In this document: positions 21,839 to 35,007 of the stretch, in pieces | Layout of the letters: every line of letters starts with the position of its first letter | Position numbering within the stretch: the first letter of the stretch is position 1 | Source: Betaproteobacteria bacterium | GTDB taxonomy: Bacteria; Pseudomonadota; Gammaproteobacteria; Burkholderiales; SG8-39 | Direction: 5' to 3' | DNA: 64,000 nucleotides | Assembly: GCA_052386675.1 (NCBI GenBank) | Contig: JBQTJX010000014.1 | Location: 18,120 to 82,119 of the forward strand | Program-made: the position numbers and the translations under genes | The notes under the pieces: model-generated | Databases searched by the model: none | The model's input: only the letters and a program-made list of their open reading frames with translations | Told to the model about the DNA's origin: nothing

Positions 21839-22603
21839 GTGGCGCGCATCATCGCGGTGGCGAACCAGAAGGGCGGCGTGGGCAAGACGACGACCAGTGT
21901 CAACCTCGCTGCGGGTCTGGCCAAGTCTGGCAAGCGGGTGCTGCTGGTGGACCTGGATCCGCAGGCCAATGCCACCATGGGCAGCGGCGTGGACAAACGC
22001 GCGCTCCAGCGCACCGTGTACCACGTGCTGCTCGGATTGGGCGAGATCGCCGGCATTCGCGTCCGCGCGGAGAACTCCGGATACGACCTGATCCCGGCCA
22101 ACCGCGAGTTGGCCGGCGCCGAAGTGGAGCTGGTGGACCTGCCCAACCGCGAAGGCCGCCTGCGCGCCGCGCTGGCGACCGTGGAGCGCGAGTACGAGTA
22201 CATCCTTATCGACTGTCCGCCGTCGCTCAGTCTTCTGACGGTGAATGCCTTCGTAGCCGCAGCGGAAGTGCTGATTCCGATGCAGTGCGAGTATTACGCG
22301 CTGGAAGGCCTGTCGGACCTGGTCGGCACCATCAAGCGCGTGCGCGGCAATCTCAATCCGCGCCTGGAAATCGCTGGCCTGCTGCGCACCATGTTCGACC
22401 CGCGCAACACGCTCGCGCACCAGGTTTCGCAGCAGCTCGAGCAGTATTTCGGCGACAAGGTCTACCGCACAGTCGTGCCTCGCAATGTGCGCCTAGCCGA
22501 GGCGCCCAGCTACGGCGCTCCGGCGGTGATCTGGGACCAGGCGTCGAAGGGTGCGCAGGCCTACCTCGCGCTGACGGGCGAGATTATCGGGAGGGCCGGA
22601 TGA
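21839..22603 (+). CDS. parA: Chromosome partitioning ATPase ParA/Soj
   Basis: VARIIAVANQKGGVGKTTTSVNLA (deviant Walker A). GTG 21839 lies just after the rsmG stop; the track ORF starts at 21818. Confidence 0.93.
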   Translation: MARIIAVANQKGGVGKTTTSVNLAAGLAKSGKRVLLVDLDPQANATMGSGVDKRALQRTVYHVLLGLGEIAGIRVRAENSGYDLIPANRELAGAEVELVDLPNREGRLRAALATVEREYEYILIDCPPSLSLLTVNAFVAAAEVLIPMQCEYYALEGLSDLVGTIKRVRGNLNPRLEIAGLLRTMFDPRNTLAHQVSQQLEQYFGDKVYRTVVPRNVRLAEAPSYGAPAVIWDQASKGAQAYLALTGEIIGRAG

Positions 22604-23466
22604 GCACGAGACAAAAGGGACTCGGGCGAGGCTTGGACGCGTTGCTGGGCGCCGACACTGGCGCGAACGCGAGCAGGCGCAAGGATGAGGTAGGGACACT
22701 CGCCGTGCACGCAATCCAGCCGGGCAAGTACCAGCCGCGGACGAAAATGGGCGAAGCCTCGCTCAATGAGCTCGCGGCCTCGATCCGGGCACAAGGCCTG
22801 ATGCAGCCGCTGCTGGTGCGTCCGATCGCTGGTGGCCGGCATGAAATCATCGCCGGGGAGCGTCGCTGGCGCGCCGCGCAGTTGGCCGGGTTGAGCGAGG
22901 TGCCGGTGCTGATCCGGGAGGTGCCCGACGAGGCCGCGCTGGCCATGTCCCTGATCGAGAACATTCAGCGCGAAGACCTCAATCCCATGGAGGAGGCCGC
23001 CGGCCTGCAGCGCCTTGTGGACGAGTTTCACATGACCCACGAGCGTGCCGCGGACGCCGTGGGCCGCTCGCGCAGCGCCACGACCAACCTGCTGCGCCTG
23101 CTGAGGCTGGCGAGGCCGGTGCAGGGAATGCTGATGCAGGGACAGCTGGAAATGGGACATGCGCGCGCGCTGTTGTCTCTGGACCCCGCGCGGCAGATCG
23201 AAGCCGCAAACCGCATCGCGGCACGCGGCCTTTCGGTGCGCGAGGCCGAGGCCCTCGCCGGTCACATGGCGCGTGGCCCCGTGTCGGTCCGGCGCAAGGC
23301 TGGCGGCGGTCGCGGCGACCGGGACCTGAAGCGCCTGGAAGAGGACGTGTCGGGGAGCCTGGGGACCACTGTGGAAATTCACCCGGGTCGCAACGGCGGC
23401 GGTAGGGTCGTCCTGCACTATTCGGGGCTTGATCATCTTGACCAGTTGCTGAAGAAGTTGCGCTGA
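22600..23466 (+). CDS. parB: Chromosome partitioning protein ParB/Spo0J
   Basis: MSTRQKGLGRGLDALLG, IIAGERRWRAAQLAG and an HTH region. The ATG overlaps the parA stop (ATGA). The upstream part of the 567-aa track ORF is out-of-frame read-through over parA. Confidence 0.93.
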   Translation: MSTRQKGLGRGLDALLGADTGANASRRKDEVGTLAVHAIQPGKYQPRTKMGEASLNELAASIRAQGLMQPLLVRPIAGGRHEIIAGERRWRAAQLAGLSEVPVLIREVPDEAALAMSLIENIQREDLNPMEEAAGLQRLVDEFHMTHERAADAVGRSRSATTNLLRLLRLARPVQGMLMQGQLEMGHARALLSLDPARQIEAANRIAARGLSVREAEALAGHMARGPVSVRRKAGGGRGDRDLKRLEEDVSGSLGTTVEIHPGRNGGGRVVLHYSGLDHLDQLLKKLR

Positions 23467-23498
23467 GCGAACGCGCACCTTTTTTGCATCGCAACACG

Positions 23499-23528
23499 TT
23501 GACCCGAAGTGCGTGAAGCAAATATAAT
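23499..23528 (+). promoter_or_regulatory. Near-consensus sigma70 promoter-like element TTGACC-N18-TATAAT at the head of the atp operon
   Basis: Read directly. It overlaps the GTG 23509 start proposed for atpI, so either this promoter or that start assignment is wrong (see findings). Confidence 0.35.
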
Positions 23529-23904
23529 CCCGCCGCTTCGCACCGTACTTCGGTGGCAATTGATCGCCACTGCCGCCCTGACGCTATTGGCCGGGGTTCT
23601 GGCCGGCGCGCACGGCGCAGTTTCCGCAGCCTTGGGTGGCGCGGTCAGCGTCGGGGCCGGGTGGGCGTCGGCGAGGGTGGCGTCGGGTAAGTCAGGCAGC
23701 AAGTCGGCCTCCGCAGTGGGGGTTCTGGTCATCGCGTTGAAGGCCGAGGGCGTGAAGCTTGGCGTGATCGCGGTCCTGCTGTGGCTGGTACTGGCCTTCT
23801 ACCCGGATGTCGTGGCGACGGCGTTCCTCGGGTCCTTCATGGCGACGGTCCTGATTTTTTCGATGGCCCTTTTTGTGCGTGAACACAACCAGTCCGGATC
23901 CTGA
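23509..23904 (+). CDS. atpI: ATP synthase protein I
   Basis: Small hydrophobic protein directly upstream of atpB. Its N-terminal region [20 protein letters not shown] resembles the AtpI layout. Start is uncertain: GTG 23509 or in-frame TTG 23560. Confidence 0.7.
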   Translation: MREANIIPPLRTVLRWQLIATAALTLLAGVLAGAHGAVSAALGGAVSVGAGWASARVASGKSGSKSASAVGVLVIALKAEGVKLGVIAVLLWLVLAFYPDVVATAFLGSFMATVLIFSMALFVREHNQSGS

Positions 23905-23909
23905 TCCCG

Positions 23910-25023
<1,114 letters not shown>

Positions 25024-25048
25024 GGCATCTCGCCCCGCGGGAGGACGC

Positions 25049-25519
25049 ATGAATTTCAATCTCACGCTCATCACCCAGGCGATCGTCTTCGCCGCCTTCA
25101 TCTGGTTCACGGTCAGGTTCGTGTGGCCGCCGCTGTTGCGCGCCATAGAGGCGCGCCAGAAGCAGATCGCCGACGGCCTCGCTGCCGCCGAGCAGGGCAA
25201 GAAATCACTGGAGATCTCGAGCAAGCAGGCCGACCAGGCGATCGCGGAGGCGCGCGCGCGCGCGGCCGAGATCATTGCGCAGGCCGAGCGCAGAGACGCG
25301 CAGATGGTCGAGGCGGCTAAGGTTGCCGCCAAGTCCGAAGGCGATCGCGAGAAGGCCGCCGCCAAGGCCGACATACAGCAGGAAGCGCAGCGCGCGCGCG
25401 AGCAGTTGCGCGAACAGGTTGCCGCACTCGCGGTGGCTGGCGCCGAGAAGATCCTGCGCCGCGAGGTGGATGCCAAGGCGCACGCCGAGCTCCTCGACGG
25501 GATCAAGAAGCAGCTCTGA
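25049..25519 (+). CDS. atpF: F0F1 ATP synthase subunit b
   Basis: [29 protein letters not shown], followed by a long charged Ala/Glu/Lys/Arg helix. ATG 25049 follows GGAGGA. Confidence 0.92.
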   Translation: MNFNLTLITQAIVFAAFIWFTVRFVWPPLLRAIEARQKQIADGLAAAEQGKKSLEISSKQADQAIAEARARAAEIIAQAERRDAQMVEAAKVAAKSEGDREKAAAKADIQQEAQRAREQLREQVAALAVAGAEKILRREVDAKAHAELLDGIKKQL

Positions 25520-25542
25520 CAGAGAAACCCGGCGGAAATCCC

Positions 25543-26079
25543 TTGGCTGAACCCTCCACTATCGCCCGCCCGTACGCGGAAGCTGCCTTCCGGCTCGCGG
25601 ACGCGCAAGGCAAGCTCGCGGACTGGTCGGCGACGCTGTCGAACCTCGCCGCGGTCGCGGCCGACGCCCGGGTGCGCGCGGCGATCGGCGACCCGAATGT
25701 CCCCGCCGCGAAGGTCGCCGGAATGCTCATTTCCATCCTCTCCGGGAAGCTCTCCAGCGAGGCGGACAACTTCGTGCGCGTGCTGGCCGAGAATGGCCGG
25801 CTCGAGGTGCTCTCCGAGATCCGCACCCAGTACGAGGCGCTGAAGAACGAGCGCGAAGGCCTGGTCGAGGCCGAGATCACCAGCGCGTTCGACATGGACC
25901 AGGCGCAGCTGGCCGACCTGGTGTCGCGACTGGAGAAGAAAACCGGCCGCAAGGTGAAGGCGCGCGTCAGCGTGGACAAGTCCCTCATCGGCGGGGTGAA
26001 GATCGCCATCGGCGACAAGGTCATCGACGGTTCCGCGCGCGCGCAACTTGCCGCGCTCGAGACCGCGCTTAAAGCATAG
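25543..26079 (+). CDS. atpH: F0F1 ATP synthase subunit delta
   Basis: TIARPYAEAAFRLA N-terminus, 178 aa, TTG start. Confidence 0.9.
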   Translation: MAEPSTIARPYAEAAFRLADAQGKLADWSATLSNLAAVAADARVRAAIGDPNVPAAKVAGMLISILSGKLSSEADNFVRVLAENGRLEVLSEIRTQYEALKNEREGLVEAEITSAFDMDQAQLADLVSRLEKKTGRKVKARVSVDKSLIGGVKIAIGDKVIDGSARAQLAALETALKA

Positions 26080-26128
26080 ACGCAGGCAAATACGCAGGCA
26101 TAGAAGGCAGGACGCTTAAGGAGCAGTC

Positions 26129-27676
26129 ATGCAACTGAACCCCTCCGAAATCTCGGAACTGATCAAGAACCGGATCCAGAACATGGATGCCGGGACGCAG
26201 ATGCGCACCCAGGGCAGCGTGGTCTCCGTAACCGACGGCATCTGCCGCATCCACGGCCTCTCGGACGTGATGCAGGGCGAGATGCTCGAGTTCCCGAAGA
26301 ACACCTACGGCCTCGCGCTGAACCTGGAGCGCGACTCGGTCGGCGCCGTGATCCTGGGCGAGTACGAGCACATCACCGAGGGCGACGTCGTCAAGTGCAC
26401 CGGCAAGATCCTGTCTGTGCCCATCGGCCCGGAGCTGCTCGGCCGCGTGGTCAATTCGCTGGGCGCGCCGATCGACGGCAAGGGCCCGATCAACGCCAAG
26501 CTGACCGACGTCATTGAGAAGGTCGCCCCGGGCGTGATCGCGCGCCAATCGGTGTCGCAGCCGGTGCAGACCGGCTTGAAGGCGATCGACGCCATGGTAC
26601 CGGTGGGCCGCGGCCAGCGCGAACTGATCATTGGCGACCGCCAGACCGGCAAGACCGCGGTGGCGATCGACACCATCATCAACCAGAAGGGGAAAGACCT
26701 CTTCTGCGTCTACGTCGCCATCGGCCAGAAGGCCTCGACCGTGGCCAACGTGGTGAGAAAGCTGGAAGAACATGGCGCGATGGCCTACACCATCGTGGTC
26801 GCCGCCACCGCCTCCGAATCCGCCGCAATGCAGTTCATTGCGCCCTACTCGGGCTGCACCATGGGTGAGTATTTCAGGGACCGCGGGCAGGACGCGCTGA
26901 TCATCTATGACGACTTGACCAAGCAGGCCTGGGCCTATCGCCAGGTGTCGCTGCTGCTGCGCCGCCCGCCGGGCCGCGAAGCCTACCCCGGCGACGTGTT
27001 CTACCTGCACAGCCGCCTGCTGGAGCGCGCCGCACGCGTCAATCCGGCCTACGTGGAGAGCTTCACCAAGGGCGCGGTCAAGGGCAAGACCGGCTCGCTC
27101 ACCGCGCTGCCGATCATCGAGACCCAGGCGGGGGACGTCACCGCGTTCGTGCCGACCAACGTGATCTCGATCACCGACGGTCAGATCTTCCTGGAAACCG
27201 ACTTGTTCAACGCCGGCATCCGGCCTGCCATCAACGCCGGCGTATCGGTATCCCGAGTCGGCGGTGCCGCGCAGACCAAGATCATGAAGCGCAAGGACAC
27301 CGGCGGCGGCGTGCGCCTGGCGCTGGCGCAGTACCGCGAACTCGCGGCCTTCGCGCAGTTCGCCTCCGATCTGGACGAGGCCACCCGCAAGCAGCTGGAA
27401 CTGGGCAGGATGGTGACCGAGCTCATGAAGCAGGCGCAGTACCACCCGCAGCAGGTGTGGGAGATGGCGCTGACGCTGTTCGCGGTCAACAACGGCTTCT
27501 TCAACGACATCGACGTCAAGAAGGCGCTGGCCGCCGAGCGCTCGATGCGCGACTACGTCAAGTCCAAGTATGTCGACCTGATGAAGCGCATTGAGGACAA
27601 GGCCGACCTGTCCGCGGACGACGAGAAGACGCTAAAGGACGCCATCGCCGACTGGAAGAAGAACGGCAGTTTCTAG
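26129..27676 (+). CDS. atpA: F0F1 ATP synthase subunit alpha
   Basis: 515 aa with Walker [16 protein letters not shown]. Confidence 0.97.
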   Translation: MQLNPSEISELIKNRIQNMDAGTQMRTQGSVVSVTDGICRIHGLSDVMQGEMLEFPKNTYGLALNLERDSVGAVILGEYEHITEGDVVKCTGKILSVPIGPELLGRVVNSLGAPIDGKGPINAKLTDVIEKVAPGVIARQSVSQPVQTGLKAIDAMVPVGRGQRELIIGDRQTGKTAVAIDTIINQKGKDLFCVYVAIGQKASTVANVVRKLEEHGAMAYTIVVAATASESAAMQFIAPYSGCTMGEYFRDRGQDALIIYDDLTKQAWAYRQVSLLLRRPPGREAYPGDVFYLHSRLLERAARVNPAYVESFTKGAVKGKTGSLTALPIIETQAGDVTAFVPTNVISITDGQIFLETDLFNAGIRPAINAGVSVSRVGGAAQTKIMKRKDTGGGVRLALAQYRELAAFAQFASDLDEATRKQLELGRMVTELMKQAQYHPQQVWEMALTLFAVNNGFFNDIDVKKALAAERSMRDYVKSKYVDLMKRIEDKADLSADDEKTLKDAIADWKKNGSF

Positions 27677-27692
27677 GCCGGACTGACACGCC

Positions 27693-30022
<2,330 letters not shown>

Positions 30023-30031
30023 GGGATTGCC

Positions 30032-30454
30032 ATGGCCGCGCACACCATGCACGTCGACGTCGTCAGCGCCGAGGAAGCGATCTTCTCCGGCGAGGCGGAG
30101 TTCGTCGTCCTGCCGGGCGAATCGGGCGAGCTGGGAATCTACCCGCGCCACACCCCGCTCATCACCCGCATCCGGCCCGGCGCGGTACGCATCCTGCCCC
30201 CCGGCGGCGGCGAGGAGCAGCTGATATTCGTCGCCGGCGGCATACTGGAGGTCCAGCCCAAGGTGATAACCGTGCTCGCCGATACCGCCATCCGCGGGCA
30301 TGACCTGGACGAGGCCAAGGCCAAGGAGGCCATCGCGCGCGCCGAGGAGGCCCGGCGCAACGCCAAGGACAAGCAGGAAATTGCGACCGTGGAAGGGGAG
30401 CTGTCCATGCTCGCCGCCCAGCTCGCTGCGATCCGCAAATTGCGCAAGAAGTAG
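30032..30454 (+). CDS. atpC: F0F1 ATP synthase subunit epsilon
   Basis: 140 aa. [31 protein letters not shown]. Confidence 0.95.
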   Translation: MAAHTMHVDVVSAEEAIFSGEAEFVVLPGESGELGIYPRHTPLITRIRPGAVRILPPGGGEEQLIFVAGGILEVQPKVITVLADTAIRGHDLDEAKAKEAIARAEEARRNAKDKQEIATVEGELSMLAAQLAAIRKLRKK

Positions 30455-30509
30455 CCAGGCCGGCCCCCGGGGCGCGTCCGGCCCCCTCTTCTCCTCTAGA
30501 ATCCAACGG

Positions 30510-32189
30510 GTGCGAGACCTCCTGCACCGGTTCCGACCCTGCCTGATCTGGGCCGGGCTGTTCAGCATCGCGGTCAACCTGCTCATGCTGGTGCCGGCGC
30601 TGTATATGCTGCAGTTGTTCGACCGGGTCATCACCAGCCGCAGTGGTGAAACTCTCCTGCTCCTGACTCTCGCGGCAGTGCTGGCACTGGCGATCATGGC
30701 GGCGCTGGATGCGCTTCGCGCGCGTTTGCTCGCCGTGGCCGCCGCAGGCCTGGACCGCCAACTGGGTCCGCAGGTGCTCGAGGGAGTGGTCGCGCAGGCA
30801 GCGCGGCTGGGGGGCAACGACTATGCCATCGGGCTGCGCGATGCGCGAACGCTGCGCGGCTTCCTGGTCAGTCCCGGCATCCTCGGTCTGTTCGACGCGC
30901 CCTGGTTGCCGCTGTTCCTGTTGATCGTGTTCCTGATGCACCCGATGCTCGCGCTGGTCGGCCTCGCGGGCGCGGTTGCGATGATTCTGCTCGCGGTCTT
31001 CAACGAGCGCTTCACGCGCCGGCCACTTGAGCGCGCGCAAGCGGAAGCGCGCCGCGCCAGCCGCTTTGTCGAGGCTGGCGTGCGCAATGCCGAAGTCATC
31101 ACCGCGCTCGGCATGCTGCCGGCACTGGCGCGGCGCTGGTCCGCCCTCACCGAGGGCGCGTCGCGCGAGCAGGCCGCCGCGGGTACGCTGGGAAGTTCCT
31201 TCGCCGCGGCGACCAAGTTCGCGCGACAGTTGGTGCAGGTCGCGATGCTCGCCGCCGGCGCCTGGCTCGTGGTGGAGCAGCAGGTCACACCCGGCGTGAT
31301 GATCGCCGCGAGCATCATCCTCGGAAGGGCACTCGCGCCAGTCGAAATGCTGGTGGGAAGCTGGCGCACGCTGGTCGAGGCGCGCGCGGCGTGGGAGCGG
31401 CTGGAGCGCCTGCTCGGCGCTGCGCCTCGGCTTCAGTCTTCCACCGAGCTGCCGGAAACGAAGGGCGCGCTTTCGGTCGAGCGCGCGGTGTTCGCGCTAA
31501 AGCCCGGCGATAGACCAATCCTGCGCGCGATCAATTTCGACCTCGATTCCGGCGAGTCGCTGGGCCTCATCGGACCCAGCGGCGCCGGCAAGTCGACGCT
31601 CGCGCGCCTGATGGTCGGCATCTGGTCGCCGCAGGGCGGCGCCGTGCGGCTGGACGGCGCGGACGTGTCGACCTGGCCTCGAGACCGCCTCGGGCCGCGC
31701 ATCGGCTACCTGCCGCAGGACGTCGAGTTGTTCGGTGGCACGGTGGCGGAGAACATCGCGCGCCTCGACGAAGTGGATTCCGCCGCCGTGGTCCGCGCCG
31801 CGCAGCGCGCCGGCGTGCACGAGCTCATCCTGCGCCTGCCGAACGGCTACGACAGCGACGTCGGCGAATCCGGAGGCGCGCTTTCGCCCGGGCAGCGCCA
31901 GCGCATCGGGCTCGCCCGCGCGCTCTATGGCGAGCCGCGCCTGGTGGTGCTGGACGAGCCCAACGCCAACCTCGACAGCGAAGGCGATGAAGCGCTGCTG
32001 CGCACATTGAGGGACCTCAAGCAGTCGGGCGTGACCACGGTGGTGGTTGCACACCGCCCCTCCCTGCTTGGCGGCGTGGACAAGTTGCTGGTGCTGCGTG
32101 ACGGCGCGGTCGAGCTGTTCGGGCCGCGTGCCGAAGTCATGGCCCGGGTGACGCGGGCCGCCCCGCACCAGGTGGGGGCTGCGGGATGA
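30510..32189 (+). CDS. Type I secretion system permease/ATPase (PrtD/AprD/HasD-like; no C39 peptidase domain)
   Basis: GTG 30510 gives VRDLLHRFRPCLIWAGLFSIAVNLLMLVPALYMLQLFDRV, a typical T1SS ABC N-terminus. Walker A GPSGAGKST, signature LSPGQRQRIGLARAL, Walker B LVVLDEPNANLD. Start codon inferred. Confidence 0.9.
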   Translation: MRDLLHRFRPCLIWAGLFSIAVNLLMLVPALYMLQLFDRVITSRSGETLLLLTLAAVLALAIMAALDALRARLLAVAAAGLDRQLGPQVLEGVVAQAARLGGNDYAIGLRDARTLRGFLVSPGILGLFDAPWLPLFLLIVFLMHPMLALVGLAGAVAMILLAVFNERFTRRPLERAQAEARRASRFVEAGVRNAEVITALGMLPALARRWSALTEGASREQAAAGTLGSSFAAATKFARQLVQVAMLAAGAWLVVEQQVTPGVMIAASIILGRALAPVEMLVGSWRTLVEARAAWERLERLLGAAPRLQSSTELPETKGALSVERAVFALKPGDRPILRAINFDLDSGESLGLIGPSGAGKSTLARLMVGIWSPQGGAVRLDGADVSTWPRDRLGPRIGYLPQDVELFGGTVAENIARLDEVDSAAVVRAAQRAGVHELILRLPNGYDSDVGESGGALSPGQRQRIGLARALYGEPRLVVLDEPNANLDSEGDEALLRTLRDLKQSGVTTVVVAHRPSLLGGVDKLLVLRDGAVELFGPRAEVMARVTRAAPHQVGAAG

Positions 32190-33541
32190 CAGCGCCGATG
32201 CGCAATCCCGTGCACGATGCACTTGCGTTGGCGGCCAGGAACGGCACCGACGCCGAGGCCCGGGCGATCATCCGTTCCGGCTTGTTGGTCGTTGGCGCCG
32301 GCGCGGTCGCGTTTGTCCTGTGGGCCTCCCTCGCGCCATTGAGTGGCGCCATCATCGCGCCGGCGTTCGTCAAGGTCGACATGAACCGCAAGGTGGTCCA
32401 GCACCAGGAAGGAGGTCTGGTGAAGGAGATCCGCGTGCGGGACGGCGACCGCGTCAAGGCAGGCCAGCCGCTTATCCTGATAGAGGACGTGCGCGTGGAC
32501 GCGGCGGTGGAGTTGCTGCGCCAGCAACTGGATGCCGAGCGCGCCAAGGCGGCGCGCCTGGAGTCTGAGCGCACGTTCGCATCGAAGCTCGTTTTCCCCG
32601 CGTCGCTGGAGTCGCGCCGCTCGATGGCGCGGACCGCCGAGACACTGGAGCGGGAGACGGCGCAATTCCGCGCCCGCCGCGAGGCCCTCGACGGCCAGGT
32701 CGCGGTGCTGCGCAAGCAGATCGCCGAGACCCAGGAGGAGGTACGGGCGCTCGACGACCAGATCGCCGCCGAGGCGCGCGCCATCAAGCTGCAGAAGGAC
32801 GAGCTGGCGGTCAACGAGAAGCTGCTGAAGGAGAACTTCGTGCAGCGGACCCGATTGATGGCTCTGGAGCGAGCTGTGGCGGAGTACGAGGCGCGCTGGG
32901 GCGAGCACCGTGCCGAGCTTGCCAAGACGCGCCAGCGGACCTCCGAACTCGAACTGCGCGTCCTGTCCATGCGCAACACCTACATGCAGGGCGCGACTGA
33001 CGAACTGAAGGAAACCACGGCTCGCATCTTTGACCTGGAGGAACGCCTGAGGCCATCGCGCGACGCCGCCGAGCGCCAGACCATCCGCGCACCGGCTGCA
33101 GGGGAAGTCGTCGGGCTGCGCGTGTTTTCCGCCGGCGCCGTCGTCGGTCCGCGCGATGTGCTGCTCGAGGTGGTGCCGGACGACCGTACGCTGATCGTCG
33201 AGGCGCGCATCCGGCCCGAGGACGTCAACCACGTAAAGCAGGGTTCCATGGCCGACGTCCGGCTGACCGCATACCAGCAGCGCAGCACGCCTCTGGTAGA
33301 AGGCCGCGTGCTCTACGTTTCGGGCGACCGACTGGTGGATGGACAGGGCACCAACGCCCAAGCCTACTATGCGGTGCACGTGGAGGTCCCGGCGTCCTCT
33401 CTCGCGGCGGCGGGAAACCTGCACCTGCAGGCGGGAATGCCGGCCGAGGTCTATATCCGGACCGACTCCCGCAGCACGCTCGACTATGTGCTCGCGCCAA
33501 TCACCAATTTCCTGCGGCGTGGCATGCGGGAGCCGCTGTAG
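32186..33541 (+). CDS. HlyD-family type I secretion periplasmic adaptor
   Basis: 451 aa: N-terminal TM, VVQHQEGGLVKEIRVRDGDRVKAGQPL lipoyl-like hairpin, long coiled coil, C-terminal beta domain. ATGA overlap with the ABC gene. Confidence 0.9.
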   Translation: MTAPMRNPVHDALALAARNGTDAEARAIIRSGLLVVGAGAVAFVLWASLAPLSGAIIAPAFVKVDMNRKVVQHQEGGLVKEIRVRDGDRVKAGQPLILIEDVRVDAAVELLRQQLDAERAKAARLESERTFASKLVFPASLESRRSMARTAETLERETAQFRARREALDGQVAVLRKQIAETQEEVRALDDQIAAEARAIKLQKDELAVNEKLLKENFVQRTRLMALERAVAEYEARWGEHRAELAKTRQRTSELELRVLSMRNTYMQGATDELKETTARIFDLEERLRPSRDAAERQTIRAPAAGEVVGLRVFSAGAVVGPRDVLLEVVPDDRTLIVEARIRPEDVNHVKQGSMADVRLTAYQQRSTPLVEGRVLYVSGDRLVDGQGTNAQAYYAVHVEVPASSLAAAGNLHLQAGMPAEVYIRTDSRSTLDYVLAPITNFLRRGMREPL

Positions 33542-34222
33542 CTACTCGGGCGGGTCCGCGTAGGGCTCGTCTTCCTTGAAGAACTCGGTTTCCTTCAGGC
33601 CTTCCACGGTCCATTCCCGGACCGCCGGACACTGCAATAGCGCCTGCTGGTACGCCTTCGCCACCCCGACCAGTTCCACCGCGTAGGTCGCAAAGCGCGT
33701 AGCGACCGGGGCGTAAAAGGCATCAGCGGCGCTGAAGGCGCCAAACAGATAGGACCCGCCTTTGCCGAACTTCGCGCGCGCTTCGGTCCATATCACACTG
33801 ATGCGGGCGATGTTCTTCGCCACGTCCGGATTCATGCCCATGCCAGGGTGCCTGCCGCGAAGGTTCATGGGCATCGCATCGCGCAGCGCGCGGAAGCCGG
33901 AGTGCATCTCGGAGGCCACGCTACGCGCCCACGCGCGCGCGTGCGGATCAACGGGCCACAGGCCCTTGTCCGGAAACAACTCGTTGGCGCGTTCTACGAT
34001 GGCCAGGGTGTCCCAGGTGGGAAAGCCGGAACCCGGCGCGCCTTCCCACAGGACCGGCACCAGGCCGGAAGGCGACAGCGTGCCGATGTTTGCCTTCCAG
34101 TCCTCCGACTCGAACTTGACGACGCGCTCAGTGAACGGCACGCCGCAGCCGCGCAACGCGACCCAAGGACGCATGGACCAGGAGGAGTAGTTCTTGTTGC
34201 CGACGACGAGGGTGAGGCTCAT
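33542..34222 (-). CDS. Glutathione S-transferase family protein
   Basis: 226 aa. N-terminus LVVGNKNYSSWSMRPWVAL is typical of a proteobacterial GST subgroup. Its stop abuts the HlyD stop. Confidence 0.8.
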   Translation of the reverse strand: MSLTLVVGNKNYSSWSMRPWVALRGCGVPFTERVVKFESEDWKANIGTLSPSGLVPVLWEGAPGSGFPTWDTLAIVERANELFPDKGLWPVDPHARAWARSVASEMHSGFRALRDAMPMNLRGRHPGMGMNPDVAKNIARISVIWTEARAKFGKGGSYLFGAFSAADAFYAPVATRFATYAVELVGVAKAYQQALLQCPAVREWTVEGLKETEFFKEDEPYADPPE

Positions 34223-34356
34223 GCCGTGATTTCACCGCGCCCGCGGGACGATGGCAAGAGCAAAGGTGTCTGCCGAAGCGGCGGGGCTGCGCCTTCCTGT
34301 TCTTGGTCCTCCTTTCTGGAAGGTGCGCCCCGCGCCGCGGTTCGTGTGTTCTGGTG

Positions 34357-35007
34357 CTAGGTCCCCTCGGCGATCACGACGTAGCGCCCCGGCCCGCCAG
34401 CGCGCAGCGCGTCGAAGGGCCAGCAGGTGACCAGCGTGAGGCGGGCGCCACCGGTGTTGCGCGCCACCCAGGTGTCCGACTTGTCGAGCACGTCCAGTTG
34501 CGCGACGCGATACTCCGCGTGCGTGCCGTCGGCGCGCTGGATGCGGAGGACTTCGCCTTTCCTCAAGTGCCGCAGGAAAGACAGGTGGGTATCGCGATGC
34601 CCGCCGATCACGCTGTTGCCCCTGGTGCCGGGCAGCGCGGTCCCGTCCTGGAGGCCCGGGCCGAACGCCATGGTGCGGCCGCTCACGCCGGCGAGGACCA
34701 GCAGCGACACGCCCTGCGCGGGGGCCTCCAGCTTCGCCACCGGCCAAGTGTCCGCCCAGGGCCAGGGCTTGACGGCGGCTTCGCCCGCGAGCGTGCGCGT
34801 CCAGGCGCGCTCGATCAGGACCTGCGCGAGTTGTGCCTTGGCGTGGATCCATGCGCCCTGGCCGAACTGGTACGCGCCGGCGAAGAGTAGCAACGCGGCC
34901 ATCCAGGGCAAGGCCCGCCACTTCGGCACCGCTCGCCATTCCTGGGGCGGAAGCGCGCATTCCACGCCCAGCGCGACATCGCCGTAACTGTTCGATCTGC
35001 AGTTCAT
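34357..35007 (-). CDS. Class GN (proteobacterial) sortase
   Basis: Catalytic Cys motif RLTLVTCWPF, His in VIGGHRDTHLSFL, N-terminal TM helix. ATG 35007 overlaps the stop of the upstream target gene (ATGA). Confidence 0.9.
   Translation of the reverse strand: MNCRSNSYGDVALGVECALPPQEWRAVPKWRALPWMAALLLFAGAYQFGQGAWIHAKAQLAQVLIERAWTRTLAGEAAVKPWPWADTWPVAKLEAPAQGVSLLVLAGVSGRTMAFGPGLQDGTALPGTRGNSVIGGHRDTHLSFLRHLRKGEVLRIQRADGTHAEYRVAQLDVLDKSDTWVARNTGGARLTLVTCWPFDALRAGGPGRYVVIAEGT

Noticed and set aside
21763-22599. Upstream 279 codons of the 567-aa track ORF containing parB (and, similarly, 28301-28591 upstream of atpD)
   Set aside because: These segments overlap parA (or atpG) in another frame and translate to Arg/Pro/Gly-rich sequence. 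Canonical ParB (MSTRQKGLGRGLDALL) and AtpD (MAQIQGTIV) N-termini begin at internal ATGs with stop-start coupling or an SD.
30458-30490. GC-rich hairpins after atpC (and a GCGCGGC-N15-GCCGCGC hairpin after dprA at 810-838) considered as terminators
   Set aside because: The stems are short (5-7 bp) with large or awkward loops and no downstream T-tract, which is not convincing for intrinsic termination.
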